DNA of 64,000 nucleotides from Capsulimonadaceae bacterium (GTDB lineage Bacteria; Armatimonadota; Armatimonadia; Armatimonadales; Capsulimonadaceae): NCBI GenBank assembly GCA_965215505.1, contig OZ244065.1, positions 576,001 to 640,000 of the forward strand, read 5' to 3'. Shown piece by piece: positions 56,116 to 64,000 of this stretch (position 1 is its first letter; each line of letters starts with the position of its first letter). The notes under the pieces were generated by a model. It saw only the letters and a program-made list of their open reading frames with translations, ran no database searches and was not told where the DNA came from. The position numbers and the translations under genes were made by a program.

Positions 56116-57468
56116 TTAGAACCGGACCGTCGTGTCCTTTGGCAGAGCGGCCAGCCGTGCCTTGACATCCTCCGTCGCCTTCTCGAACTTCGGCTTGCCC
56201 AGCAGGGCGAACATGTTCGTCTTGTAGGCTTCCACGCCGGGCTGGTTGAAGGGGTTAATGCCCATCAGGTAGCCGGACACGCCGGTCGCCCGCTCGAAGA
56301 ATTGGAGCAGTGCGCCTAAAGTGTAGGCGTCCAGCTTCTCCAGGTGGATCGTGCTATTGGGAACGCCGCCGTCTCGGTGCGCGAGAGACGTTGCCTCGTA
56401 GGCCGCCCGGTTGACCTCGAACAGCGGGCGGCCTTGCAGGTAGCCAAGCTCATCCAGGTCGTTCTCGGCGGACGGGATGGCCAGCCCAGGCTCGCCGCCG
56501 TCCAGGATCAGGAACGTCTCGATGATGTTCCGCCGCCCCTGCTGTATCCACTGCCCCATCGAGTGCAGGTCCGTCGTCAGGTCAACGGAGGCGGGGAACA
56601 GCGAAATGTGGTCCTTGCCCTCGCTCTCGCCCGTGAGCTGTTTCCACCACTCGGCGATGTAGTGCAGGCGCGGCTCAAAGGATGCGAATATCTCCGTCGT
56701 GTAGCCCTTGCGGTAGAGCAGGTTGCGCGCGGCGGCGTAGAAGTAGGCCGGGTTCTTCATCACGTCCGGATCATTCGTGGCGTCGGCCACGTCCTTGGCC
56801 CCGGCCAGCAGGGCATCAATGTTTATGCCCGCGACGGCGATTGGCAGCAGGCCGACCGGGCTGAGGACAGAGTAGCGCCCGCCCACGTCGTCGGCGATAT
56901 TCAGGGTCGCGTAGCCCTCCTCCTCGGCGAACTTCCGCAGTGCGCCTTTTTTGGCGTCCGTCGTGGCGACGATGCGCTTTTTGGCCTCTTCCTTACCGGC
57001 CGACTTTTCCAGCACGTCCCGGAAGAGCCGGAAGGCGACGGCGGGTTCGGTCGTCGTCCCGGACTTGGAGATGGCGTTGATGGAGAACCGCTTGCCCTCG
57101 ATCTGCTTCAGGAATTTGGCGTGTTCGTGCGCCGACAGCGAGTTGCCCGCAAAGACGACGGCCGGGCCGTCCCCCTCCCCTAGCGCCTCGATGACGGCCC
57201 GCGCTCCCAGATAGGACCCGCCGATGCCGATGGAGACGAGTACGTCCGAGTCGGACCGGATCTGCTCGGCCAGGGCCTTGATCTTCGTGACCTCGTCGGG
57301 GCTGACGATCTTGGCGGGGTCCACCCAGCCCAGGAAGTCGGAGCCGAGTCCCCCACCCTGCGTCACCTTCTTGTGCGCCAGGTCCACGTTGTCTTGGAAC
57401 GACTTGACTTCTTCCAAGTCCACGTCCGGGGCCAGATAGCCGTAGTCGAATGAGATGGGCAGCGCCAT
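56116..57468 (-). CDS. pgi: Glucose-6-phosphate isomerase
   Basis: GIGGSYLG, SKSGTTTE, VGGRYSVL, DLHSMGQ, NPFNQPGVEAYK. Confidence 0.96.
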   Translation of the reverse strand: MALPISFDYGYLAPDVDLEEVKSFQDNVDLAHKKVTQGGGLGSDFLGWVDPAKIVSPDEVTKIKALAEQIRSDSDVLVSIGIGGSYLGARAVIEALGEGDGPAVVFAGNSLSAHEHAKFLKQIEGKRFSINAISKSGTTTEPAVAFRLFRDVLEKSAGKEEAKKRIVATTDAKKGALRKFAEEEGYATLNIADDVGGRYSVLSPVGLLPIAVAGINIDALLAGAKDVADATNDPDVMKNPAYFYAAARNLLYRKGYTTEIFASFEPRLHYIAEWWKQLTGESEGKDHISLFPASVDLTTDLHSMGQWIQQGRRNIIETFLILDGGEPGLAIPSAENDLDELGYLQGRPLFEVNRAAYEATSLAHRDGGVPNSTIHLEKLDAYTLGALLQFFERATGVSGYLMGINPFNQPGVEAYKTNMFALLGKPKFEKATEDVKARLAALPKDTTVRF

Positions 57469-57582
57469 TGTGTATCCTCCAAGTTGCGGGAAAGCGAGAA
57501 AGCGGCGGAGGCTGCTTGCCTCCGCCGCTATTGTACCCGCCCGGTGCCTCGGTTACTCTTGCCACGCAGGGGGAGAGCCGAG

Positions 57583-58200
57583 TCAACGGCGTAGCGAGAG
57601 CAGGAGCGAGGCGGCGATGGCCCACATGATGCCCCCGATCAGGAGGTCCAAAACGCGCCACGTCGCCGGCCTGCGGAACAAGGGGACGAGGAGCGAGGCA
57701 CCGTAAGCCAGGCCGAAGAACCAGAGGGCGGAGGCCGCCACCGCGCCGCCCGCGAACCAGCCGCGCGCCGAGGGCGGGTACTGCGCCGAGAGGCCGCCGA
57801 TCAAGACGACCGTATCTAGATAGACGTGCGGGTTCAGCAGGCTGAGGGCAAGCACCGTGCCCGCCAGGCTCGCGCGCGAGGCGGCGGGGGCCTCCTCCGG
57901 CAGTGCGGCGGGGTGCAGCGCGCGGCGGAAGGCCGTCGCCCCATAGAACAGCAGGAAGAGCGCGCCCACCCAGGCGGCGGCGCGCGTGAGCCAGGGGAGA
58001 TGGGCGATGAGGCCGCCGAAGCCCGCCGCGCCGAGCGTGATCAGGCCGGCGTCACAGCAGGTACAGAGGAGGGCGACGAGCAGCCGGCCCTCCCGCTTTA
58101 AACCTTGACGCAGTACGAAAGCATTCTGCGCGCCGATGGCGATAATGAGGCCTGCGCCTAGCCCCAGACCACGCATGAAAGCGTCCAGCGGCAGGCTCAC
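57583..58200 (-). CDS. LysE/ArgO family amino acid exporter
   Basis: LIIAIGAQNAFVLRQG, LNPHVYLDT. Confidence 0.9.
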   Translation of the reverse strand: MSLPLDAFMRGLGLGAGLIIAIGAQNAFVLRQGLKREGRLLVALLCTCCDAGLITLGAAGFGGLIAHLPWLTRAAAWVGALFLLFYGATAFRRALHPAALPEEAPAASRASLAGTVLALSLLNPHVYLDTVVLIGGLSAQYPPSARGWFAGGAVAASALWFFGLAYGASLLVPLFRRPATWRVLDLLIGGIMWAIAASLLLSLRR

Positions 58201-58219
58201 AGCGAAAAAGGGGCGGCCA

Positions 58220-58588
58220 TCAGAGCCGCTCCAGTTCAGTCCGCGTCCGCTCGGTGCGGACGTTGCCGGTGTTCAGGGTCGTGTTCGGCTCGATGAGCAG
58301 CAGGTGGACCTCTTCGTCCGAAACCGGCATGTGTTCAACGCCATGCGGGACGATGACGAACTCGCCCGGCCCGACAATGATGTCTCGGTCGCGCAGGCGT
58401 AGTGTCAGACGGCCCTGGACGACCAGGAACAGCTCGTCTTCGGCTACATGGTGGTGCCAGTCAAAGGCCCCCGACATCTTAACCAGCTTGACGTGCATGT
58501 CGTTGACCTCGCCGACGATGCGCGGGTTCCAGTGGTCGCTGAACTGGGCCAGCTTGTCGGCGAGGTTGACCTTCTCCACGTCTGCCAC
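58220..58588 (-). CDS. Cupin domain protein
   Basis: WHHH..EDELF, VPHGVEHMP. Confidence 0.88.
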   Translation of the reverse strand: MADVEKVNLADKLAQFSDHWNPRIVGEVNDMHVKLVKMSGAFDWHHHVAEDELFLVVQGRLTLRLRDRDIIVGPGEFVIVPHGVEHMPVSDEEVHLLLIEPNTTLNTGNVRTERTRTELERL

Positions 58589-58589
58589 G

Positions 58590-59345
58590 TTACTTGCCCC
58601 GGAAGAATTTACGGAACTTGTAGAGCGTGACGTCGCGGTTCATCTCGGCGATGGCCTTGGTCAGCGGGATCTCCTTCGGGCAGGCCTTGACGCAGTTCTG
58701 GGCGTTGCCGCAGCTCGTGACGCCGTCCATGCCGGCGATAGCCTCCAGGCGCTCTTCCTTGTTCATGCTCCCCGTGGGGTGGCTGTTGAACAGGCGCACC
58801 TGGCCGATGGCGGCGGGGCCGATGAAGTTGGAATGGGCGTTGACCTGGGGGCAGGCTTCCAGGCACGACCCACAGGTCATGCACCGGGAGAACTCGTAGG
58901 CCTCCTGGCGGTCGCGCTCGGCGACGCGCGGGCCGGGGCCGAGGTCATAGGTGCCGTCAATCGGAATCCAGCCGCGAATCTTCTTCAGGTTCTCGAACAT
59001 CCGCGAACGGTCTACGGCGAGGTCCTTGACGACCGGGAACTTGGACATCGGCTCCAGCGTGATCGGCTGGGCCAGGTTGTCCACGAGGGTGGCGCAGGAC
59101 TGACCGACCTTGCCGTTCATCAGCATGGTGCAGGAGCCGCAGACGTTCTCCAGGCAGTTCATCTCCCAGACCGGCGCGCTGGTCGCCTTGCCGTCGCGCG
59201 TCACGGGGTTCTTGCGGATCTCCATCAGGCAGGAGATGATGTTCATGTTCGGGCGGTACGGAATCGCGAACTCCTCCCAATAGGAGGCGGAGTTCTGGTC
59301 CTTCTGCCGCTTGATCTTGAGCGTGATGGTCTTCTGGTCAGACAT
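58590..59345 (-). CDS. sdhB: Succinate dehydrogenase iron-sulfur subunit
   Basis: CLENVCGSC, CMTCGSCLEACP, CGNAQNCVKACP. Confidence 0.95.
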   Translation of the reverse strand: MSDQKTITLKIKRQKDQNSASYWEEFAIPYRPNMNIISCLMEIRKNPVTRDGKATSAPVWEMNCLENVCGSCTMLMNGKVGQSCATLVDNLAQPITLEPMSKFPVVKDLAVDRSRMFENLKKIRGWIPIDGTYDLGPGPRVAERDRQEAYEFSRCMTCGSCLEACPQVNAHSNFIGPAAIGQVRLFNSHPTGSMNKEERLEAIAGMDGVTSCGNAQNCVKACPKEIPLTKAIAEMNRDVTLYKFRKFFRGK

Positions 59346-59370
59346 AAGAAAACGTCTTTCTAATGTGTCG

Positions 59371-59904
59371 CTAGTGTGTTGTCGCGGCCGGCGGCGTCAC
59401 AGGCTGTGGCAATCCCGGTCGGCGCGGGGCATTGCGGCAGCGCATGGCGGACGCGATGACCGCGATGTCGGCTTTGAGGGCGGCCGTGCGTGGGTCGCTG
59501 CTGAAAGTCAGGTCGGGGGATTTCTGCCCCTGATAGGTGACAAAGGTCCGCGTGCCGAACGAGGCGCTCCGCATTCCCCGGCCCGCCGGAAGCCCCGTCA
59601 GCGGCATGGCGGCATTGAGGTCGGTGAAAAACTGCCGCACCTGCTGCCCCAACGGCTCCCGGTTGCCCGTCTCGCTGTTGCGCTCGCTGCCGCCGTTGGA
59701 GACAGCGGCGACGTGGTACTTGGTCCCGCTTGATGACAGCGTAATCGAGTAGCCGGACGTGTTGGTCGAACCCGTGTTTTCAATGGTCGCCGTCTGCATG
59801 GCTGCCGCCTTTGGCGTCGGCTTCGGTGCCGCCTTCGCCCCGGCGGGCAGAGCCGCTAGAAGCAGCCCGGCCGCGCCGAAAGCGATGTTACTGCGCGTTG
59901 ACAT
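59371..59904 (-). CDS. Secreted hypothetical protein
   Basis: Signal peptide; GSTNTSGY and SASFGT motifs; overlaps the sdhA end. Confidence 0.7.
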   Translation of the reverse strand: MSTRSNIAFGAAGLLLAALPAGAKAAPKPTPKAAAMQTATIENTGSTNTSGYSITLSSSGTKYHVAAVSNGGSERNSETGNREPLGQQVRQFFTDLNAAMPLTGLPAGRGMRSASFGTRTFVTYQGQKSPDLTFSSDPRTAALKADIAVIASAMRCRNAPRRPGLPQPVTPPAATTH

Positions 59905-62203
59905 CTTTCTCCCCTTGCTGCGAGACAGGATTGCTCGCTTTCACCGGGTCGGCATCGTCAAGCTGCTGGCCTCCGGTCAGCCAGCTTTTCCCTGCTTCCT
60001 TGACCTCGTCCCGGTCGCCGTTATAGGCCGTGTCGCGGCGGGCCTCCGGGGGCCGCGTGGAGAGCTGGTCGCCGGTGCCGTTCGCGTCGGCACCCGCCGC
60101 GACCTGCATCTCCTGGACGGCCGCCCCGGTCAGGCCCGCGCCCATCGCCAGGACCCCGTTCTTTCCGTTGGACCCGTTCCCATTGACCGCGTGGCCGTTC
60201 CCGTTCGTCTTGACGCCGTTCCCATTCCCGTTGACGCCGGGCGCATGGCCGTTTGTTCCATTGCCATTCGAGCCGTGTCCGTTGGACCCGTTGCCGTTCG
60301 TCGTGACGATCAGCGTCTCCTTGGCGGCCTCGGCGGTCGGCGTCGCCGTGCCCGCCTCGTTCTTCTCGGCGGCGTAGTTGCGGAGGCGCGGCTTGATGAG
60401 CGACGTGTCCACATCAAGATAAGAAAGCTTAGGGCCGTCCGCCGTCCATTCGGCGACCGTCGTCTTCAGGAACCGGGCGTCGTCCCGCTTCGGGAAATCG
60501 GGCTTGTAGTGCGCGCCGCGCGACTCATCGCGGGCCAAGGCACCCCGGACGACCGCGCGGGACAGGTGCAGCATGTTCTTGAGCTGGCGGGTGAACGGGA
60601 TGAGCTGGTTCGTCCAGTTGGAGCTGTCCGCGATGCCGACATGCTCGACCCGCTCCATCAGCTCCTGGATCTTGGCGTCGGTCGCGCGCAGCCGGTCGTT
60701 GTAGCGGACGACGGTGACGTTCTCCGTCATCGTGTCGCCCAGCTCCTCGTGAAGCCGGTACGGGTTCTCGGTGCCCGTCGAGGCGGCGAGCTTCTCGTAC
60801 TTCTCCTGCTGCCGCAGCCGCGCGCTTTCAAACATGGACACGGGCAGGTCGTCCACGCTTTTGGGCAAATGCTTGACATAGTTGACCACGCCGGGGCCGA
60901 CGAGCTGGCCGCCGGTCAGGCAGGACAGCAGCGAGTTCGCGCCCAGCCGGTTCGCCCCGTGGTACTGGTAGTCGCACTCGCCGACGGCATACAGGCCCTG
61001 GATGTTAGTCATCTGGTTGCGCGGGTCGCCTTCGACCAGGGCACCGGTCTTCTCGTCCTTGACGAAATCCACCCACAGGCCGCCCATCGAATAATGGACG
61101 GCGGGGAAGATCCGCATCGGGGTCGTGCGCGGGTCCTCGCCGATGAACTTCTCGTAGATCTCCAGGATACCGCCGAGCTTGATGTCTATCAGTTTCTTGT
61201 CCAGGTGCGTCAGGTCGAGGTAGACCTGATTCTGGCCGCCGACGCCCATCCGCTGGTTGACGCAGACGTCGAAGATCTCGCGGGTCGCGATGTCACGGGG
61301 GACCAGGTTCCCATAGGCCGGGTACTTTTCTTCCAGGAAGTAGAACCGCTCGCCCTCGGGGACGTCCTCGCCGCGCCGCTTCTCCTGCGGGTCGCGCGGC
61401 ACCCAGACGCGCCCGCCCTCGCCGCGCGCCGATTCGGACATCAGCCGCAGCTTGTCCATGCCCGGAATGGCCGTCGGGTGGACTTGGATGAACTCGCCGT
61501 TAGCGTAGCGCGCGCCCTGCTGGTAGACGGCCGAGGCGGCAGTGCCGGTGTTCATCACCGAGTTGGTCGAGCGGTTGTAGATGATGCCAGGCCCGCCGGT
61601 GGCAAGCACCACGGCGTCGGCCTTGAATTCCTTGATCGTCATCGTCCGCAGGTCCTGCGCGATGATGCCCTTGCAGACACCGTCGTCGTCCTGCACAACG
61701 CCGAGGAACTCCCAGAACTCGTGCTTGGTGACTTCGCCTGCGACCTCATGCCGGCGCGTCTGCTCGTCCAGCGCATACAAGAGCTGCTGGCCGGTCGTCG
61801 CGCCCGCGTAAGCCGTCCGGTGGTGCTTGGTTCCGCCGAAGCGCCGAAAGTCCAGCAGGCCCTCGCCAGTGCGGTTGAACATGACGCCCATGCGGTCCAG
61901 CAAATAGATGATGCCGGGCGCGTTGTCGCACATGTGCTTGACAGGCGGCTGGTTGGCAAGGAAGTCGCCGCCGTAGACGGTGTCGTCCAGGTGCTCGTAG
62001 GGCGAGTCGCCCTCTCCCTTCGTGTTGACCGCGCCGTTGATCCCGCCCTGCGCGCAGACCGAGTGGCTGCGCTTGACGGGGACGAACGAGAACAGGTCCA
62101 CGGGAACGCCCGCCTCCGCGACCTTCACCGTCGTCATCAGACCGGCCAGTCCGCCGCCGACGACGATGACCTTGGGCTTTGTGTTGCTCGCAACTGTGAC
62201 CAT
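59888..62203 (-). CDS. sdhA: Succinate dehydrogenase flavoprotein subunit with long C-terminal extension
   Basis: GGGLAG, RSHSVCAQGG, HYSMGG, HGANRLGANSL, ESRGAH. Confidence 0.95.
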   Translation of the reverse strand: MVTVASNTKPKVIVVGGGLAGLMTTVKVAEAGVPVDLFSFVPVKRSHSVCAQGGINGAVNTKGEGDSPYEHLDDTVYGGDFLANQPPVKHMCDNAPGIIYLLDRMGVMFNRTGEGLLDFRRFGGTKHHRTAYAGATTGQQLLYALDEQTRRHEVAGEVTKHEFWEFLGVVQDDDGVCKGIIAQDLRTMTIKEFKADAVVLATGGPGIIYNRSTNSVMNTGTAASAVYQQGARYANGEFIQVHPTAIPGMDKLRLMSESARGEGGRVWVPRDPQEKRRGEDVPEGERFYFLEEKYPAYGNLVPRDIATREIFDVCVNQRMGVGGQNQVYLDLTHLDKKLIDIKLGGILEIYEKFIGEDPRTTPMRIFPAVHYSMGGLWVDFVKDEKTGALVEGDPRNQMTNIQGLYAVGECDYQYHGANRLGANSLLSCLTGGQLVGPGVVNYVKHLPKSVDDLPVSMFESARLRQQEKYEKLAASTGTENPYRLHEELGDTMTENVTVVRYNDRLRATDAKIQELMERVEHVGIADSSNWTNQLIPFTRQLKNMLHLSRAVVRGALARDESRGAHYKPDFPKRDDARFLKTTVAEWTADGPKLSYLDVDTSLIKPRLRNYAAEKNEAGTATPTAEAAKETLIVTTNGNGSNGHGSNGNGTNGHAPGVNGNGNGVKTNGNGHAVNGNGSNGKNGVLAMGAGLTGAAVQEMQVAAGADANGTGDQLSTRPPEARRDTAYNGDRDEVKEAGKSWLTGGQQLDDADPVKASNPVSQQGEKDVNAQ

Positions 62204-62274
62204 AGTTTAGTGCCTCTTATCTAGTAACAGCCGTCAATAAAGCTAAGTTCCTGGGAGTTAGTTCTTGCAAAAAA

Positions 62275-62769
62275 TCACCACGCGTCGTCCCCGCCTTCCG
62301 GCGGCCACAATCCCTGGAGCTGACGCAACATCGCGATCTGACCGTAGTGGTACGCGCTGTGCAGCGCGGGACATTCCGCGAGGTCGTAGCCGAGGCTGGC
62401 ATCACTGCGGTCCGGGCTGGTCTCGCCCGCCTTCTCTGCGGCCACCTGGGAGCAGGCGTCAAGGCCGCTCAGGAAGGCCGCGCGTGAGGCGGCCCACTCA
62501 CCCGCCACCGGAACGGGGAACGTGTCATTCAGATGCTCCGGACGCGGCAGGCTTTCGCCGCGCGCCCGCGCGATGTTTCTGTCCTGCCAGAAGCGCATGT
62601 GTGCCACAATCCCGGCGATGGAGTAGGCAGAACCGGGCGGCATGGGTAACGCCTGCTCCTCCGTTAAATCTCCGAGCAGGCGTTCCGGCGGCACGAACTC
62701 GCCGCCGCCGGTGAGCAACCTGCCGACGCCCGCAGGGGACACATCGTACTTGTACGCCGGACTAGTCAT
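62275..62769 (-). CDS. DinB-family protein
   Basis: SIAGIVAHM, HSAYHYGQI. Confidence 0.8.
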   Translation of the reverse strand: MTSPAYKYDVSPAGVGRLLTGGGEFVPPERLLGDLTEEQALPMPPGSAYSIAGIVAHMRFWQDRNIARARGESLPRPEHLNDTFPVPVAGEWAASRAAFLSGLDACSQVAAEKAGETSPDRSDASLGYDLAECPALHSAYHYGQIAMLRQLQGLWPPEGGDDAW

Positions 62770-63370
62770 CGGCCGCCACCGGCGTGAACTCGATCAGGTC
62801 GTAGATGTCCGCCATGTTCAGCGAAATGCCGAGGGCCGGGATGTCAAGCAGGCTCTCCAAGCCCGATATCAGGCTGTAGTCCCAGCGGCCATCTTGGGCG
62901 CGTGAGAACTGTTCCACGCGCGGCGCGTCCTGGCTAACCAGGAGGTAAACCATCAGCGACTCAACGGTGATGTAGTCGCGGAACTTCTCGCCCCGGTCCT
63001 TACGCTCCGTGGTCGGGAACAGCACTTCTGCCACAAGCAGCGGATTCGTAATGACGGTCCGGCTGCCACCGTAGTATTGACGCGGGCCGCAAACGACCGT
63101 GACATCCGGGTAGTACATCTCGCCCGCTGTGTAGACCTTAATGTCCGAGGACATGACTCGACAGCCGCGCCCGCGGAGGGCTGCTCGCAGTTCCGCACCG
63201 AGGCTCATGGGAATCGTGGCGTGGTCGTCTGTCCCACCGGACATGGGGCAGATCCTTCCATGAATGTACTCAGACCTTGCCTCAGCCTGCTCTTCCAGGG
63301 CGAGATACTCATCTTCCGTGTAAAGCCTTTTCTGTGCCGGTGGGGCGATTTCACGTTCTGCGATTGCCAC
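62762..63370 (-). CDS. Uma2 family PD-(D/E)XK endonuclease-like protein
   Basis: EYIHG...YYPDVTVVC...P.LVAEVL...DRGEK. Confidence 0.88.
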   Translation of the reverse strand: MAIAEREIAPPAQKRLYTEDEYLALEEQAEARSEYIHGRICPMSGGTDDHATIPMSLGAELRAALRGRGCRVMSSDIKVYTAGEMYYPDVTVVCGPRQYYGGSRTVITNPLLVAEVLFPTTERKDRGEKFRDYITVESLMVYLLVSQDAPRVEQFSRAQDGRWDYSLISGLESLLDIPALGISLNMADIYDLIEFTPVAADD

Positions 63371-63383
63371 GGCCTGTTACCCC

Positions 63384-64000
63384 TCAGTGCGTCATCTTCA
63401 CAGCCGCCGACGAGGCGGTGGCGATGCCGTTCACGCCATCAAAATGCAGGTGTGCGATGGTCGCCAGCCCGATCAGGGTGAATACGGCGAACAGGCCCCA
63501 GCAGACGAACTGGTTCATGCGCTGGGAATGCGCGGAGATCGTGATGCCCCAGCGGACACAAAAGTTCCACAGCCCGTTGGTGAAGTGGAAGACCGTCCCG
63601 ATGATGCCGACGGCATAGATGGCGAGGACCCAGGGGGAGGCAAGGGCGTGAGCCATGCTGCCGTACTCGATCACCGATTCCGGGTGCGGGTTGCCGTGCC
63701 ACTGCTCCCAATACTTCGCCAGGCTTGTATGCCAGACATGGTAGCCGATGTAGAAGAGGGCGACCACGCCGCTGACACGCTGCAAGAAGTACATCCAGTT
63801 GCGCCCGTACTGGTACTTACCCAGGTTCGGTTTGGCGTAGGCCGTGATCCAGATGCCATAGATCGAGTGGTACAGGATCGGCAGATAGATCACGATCACT
63901 TCCAGCACGACCACGAATGGCAGGTAGCCGAAGACCTTGACGACAGTGTTATAAGCCTCCGGCCCGCGCAGGGCGTAGGAATTCGCGATCAGGTGTTGAA
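63384..64000 (-). CDS. sdhC: Succinate dehydrogenase cytochrome b558 subunit (partial, start outside window)
   Basis: PILYHSIYG, LQRVSG, YHVW, FHFTNGLW..CVRWGIT. Confidence 0.9.
   Translation of the reverse strand, partial: QHLIANSYALRGPEAYNTVVKVFGYLPFVVVLEVIVIYLPILYHSIYGIWITAYAKPNLGKYQYGRNWMYFLQRVSGVVALFYIGYHVWHTSLAKYWEQWHGNPHPESVIEYGSMAHALASPWVLAIYAVGIIGTVFHFTNGLWNFCVRWGITISAHSQRMNQFVCWGLFAVFTLIGLATIAHLHFDGVNGIATASSAAVKMTH

Overview
High-GC bacterial chromosomal window. Gene order is Firmicutes-like (ffh-rpsP-khpA-rimM-trmD-rplS-lepB-rnhB and dprA-topA-trmFO-xerC), the succinate dehydrogenase is Bacillus-type, and there is a PEP-CTERM protein. An Armatimonadota-like host is a guess, not shown. 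The main feature is a 17,180-bp integrated element (core TGGA at 32216-32219 and 49396-49399) that splits the natural-transformation gene dprA in frame. Precise excision would restore a 369-aa DprA (...LGCGVD|IHYPSEN...) and create an attP with perfect 14-bp inverted arms. The attachment site lies inside the 3' end of the element's large serine recombinase gene, so the recombinase has different C-termini in the integrated and excised states. The element has no recognisable capsid, terminase or conjugation genes. It carries excisionase-like HTH genes, a DnaB-N/DUF3987 replication protein, twin long ori-like palindromes, a PIN-domain candidate defence gene, Gam-like and SWIM proteins, a CsrA homologue, and a GDSL hydrolase gene flanked by directly repeated dif-like (Xer) sites. 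Outside the element are an uncharacterised membrane-protein operon (DUF6754-like), four tandem double-YbjQ genes, duplicated lepB with a near-identical internal tract, a c-di-GMP-I riboswitch, an intact comM, and an sdhCAB operon interleaved with unrelated genes. All family assignments come from motifs read by eye; no database searches were run.
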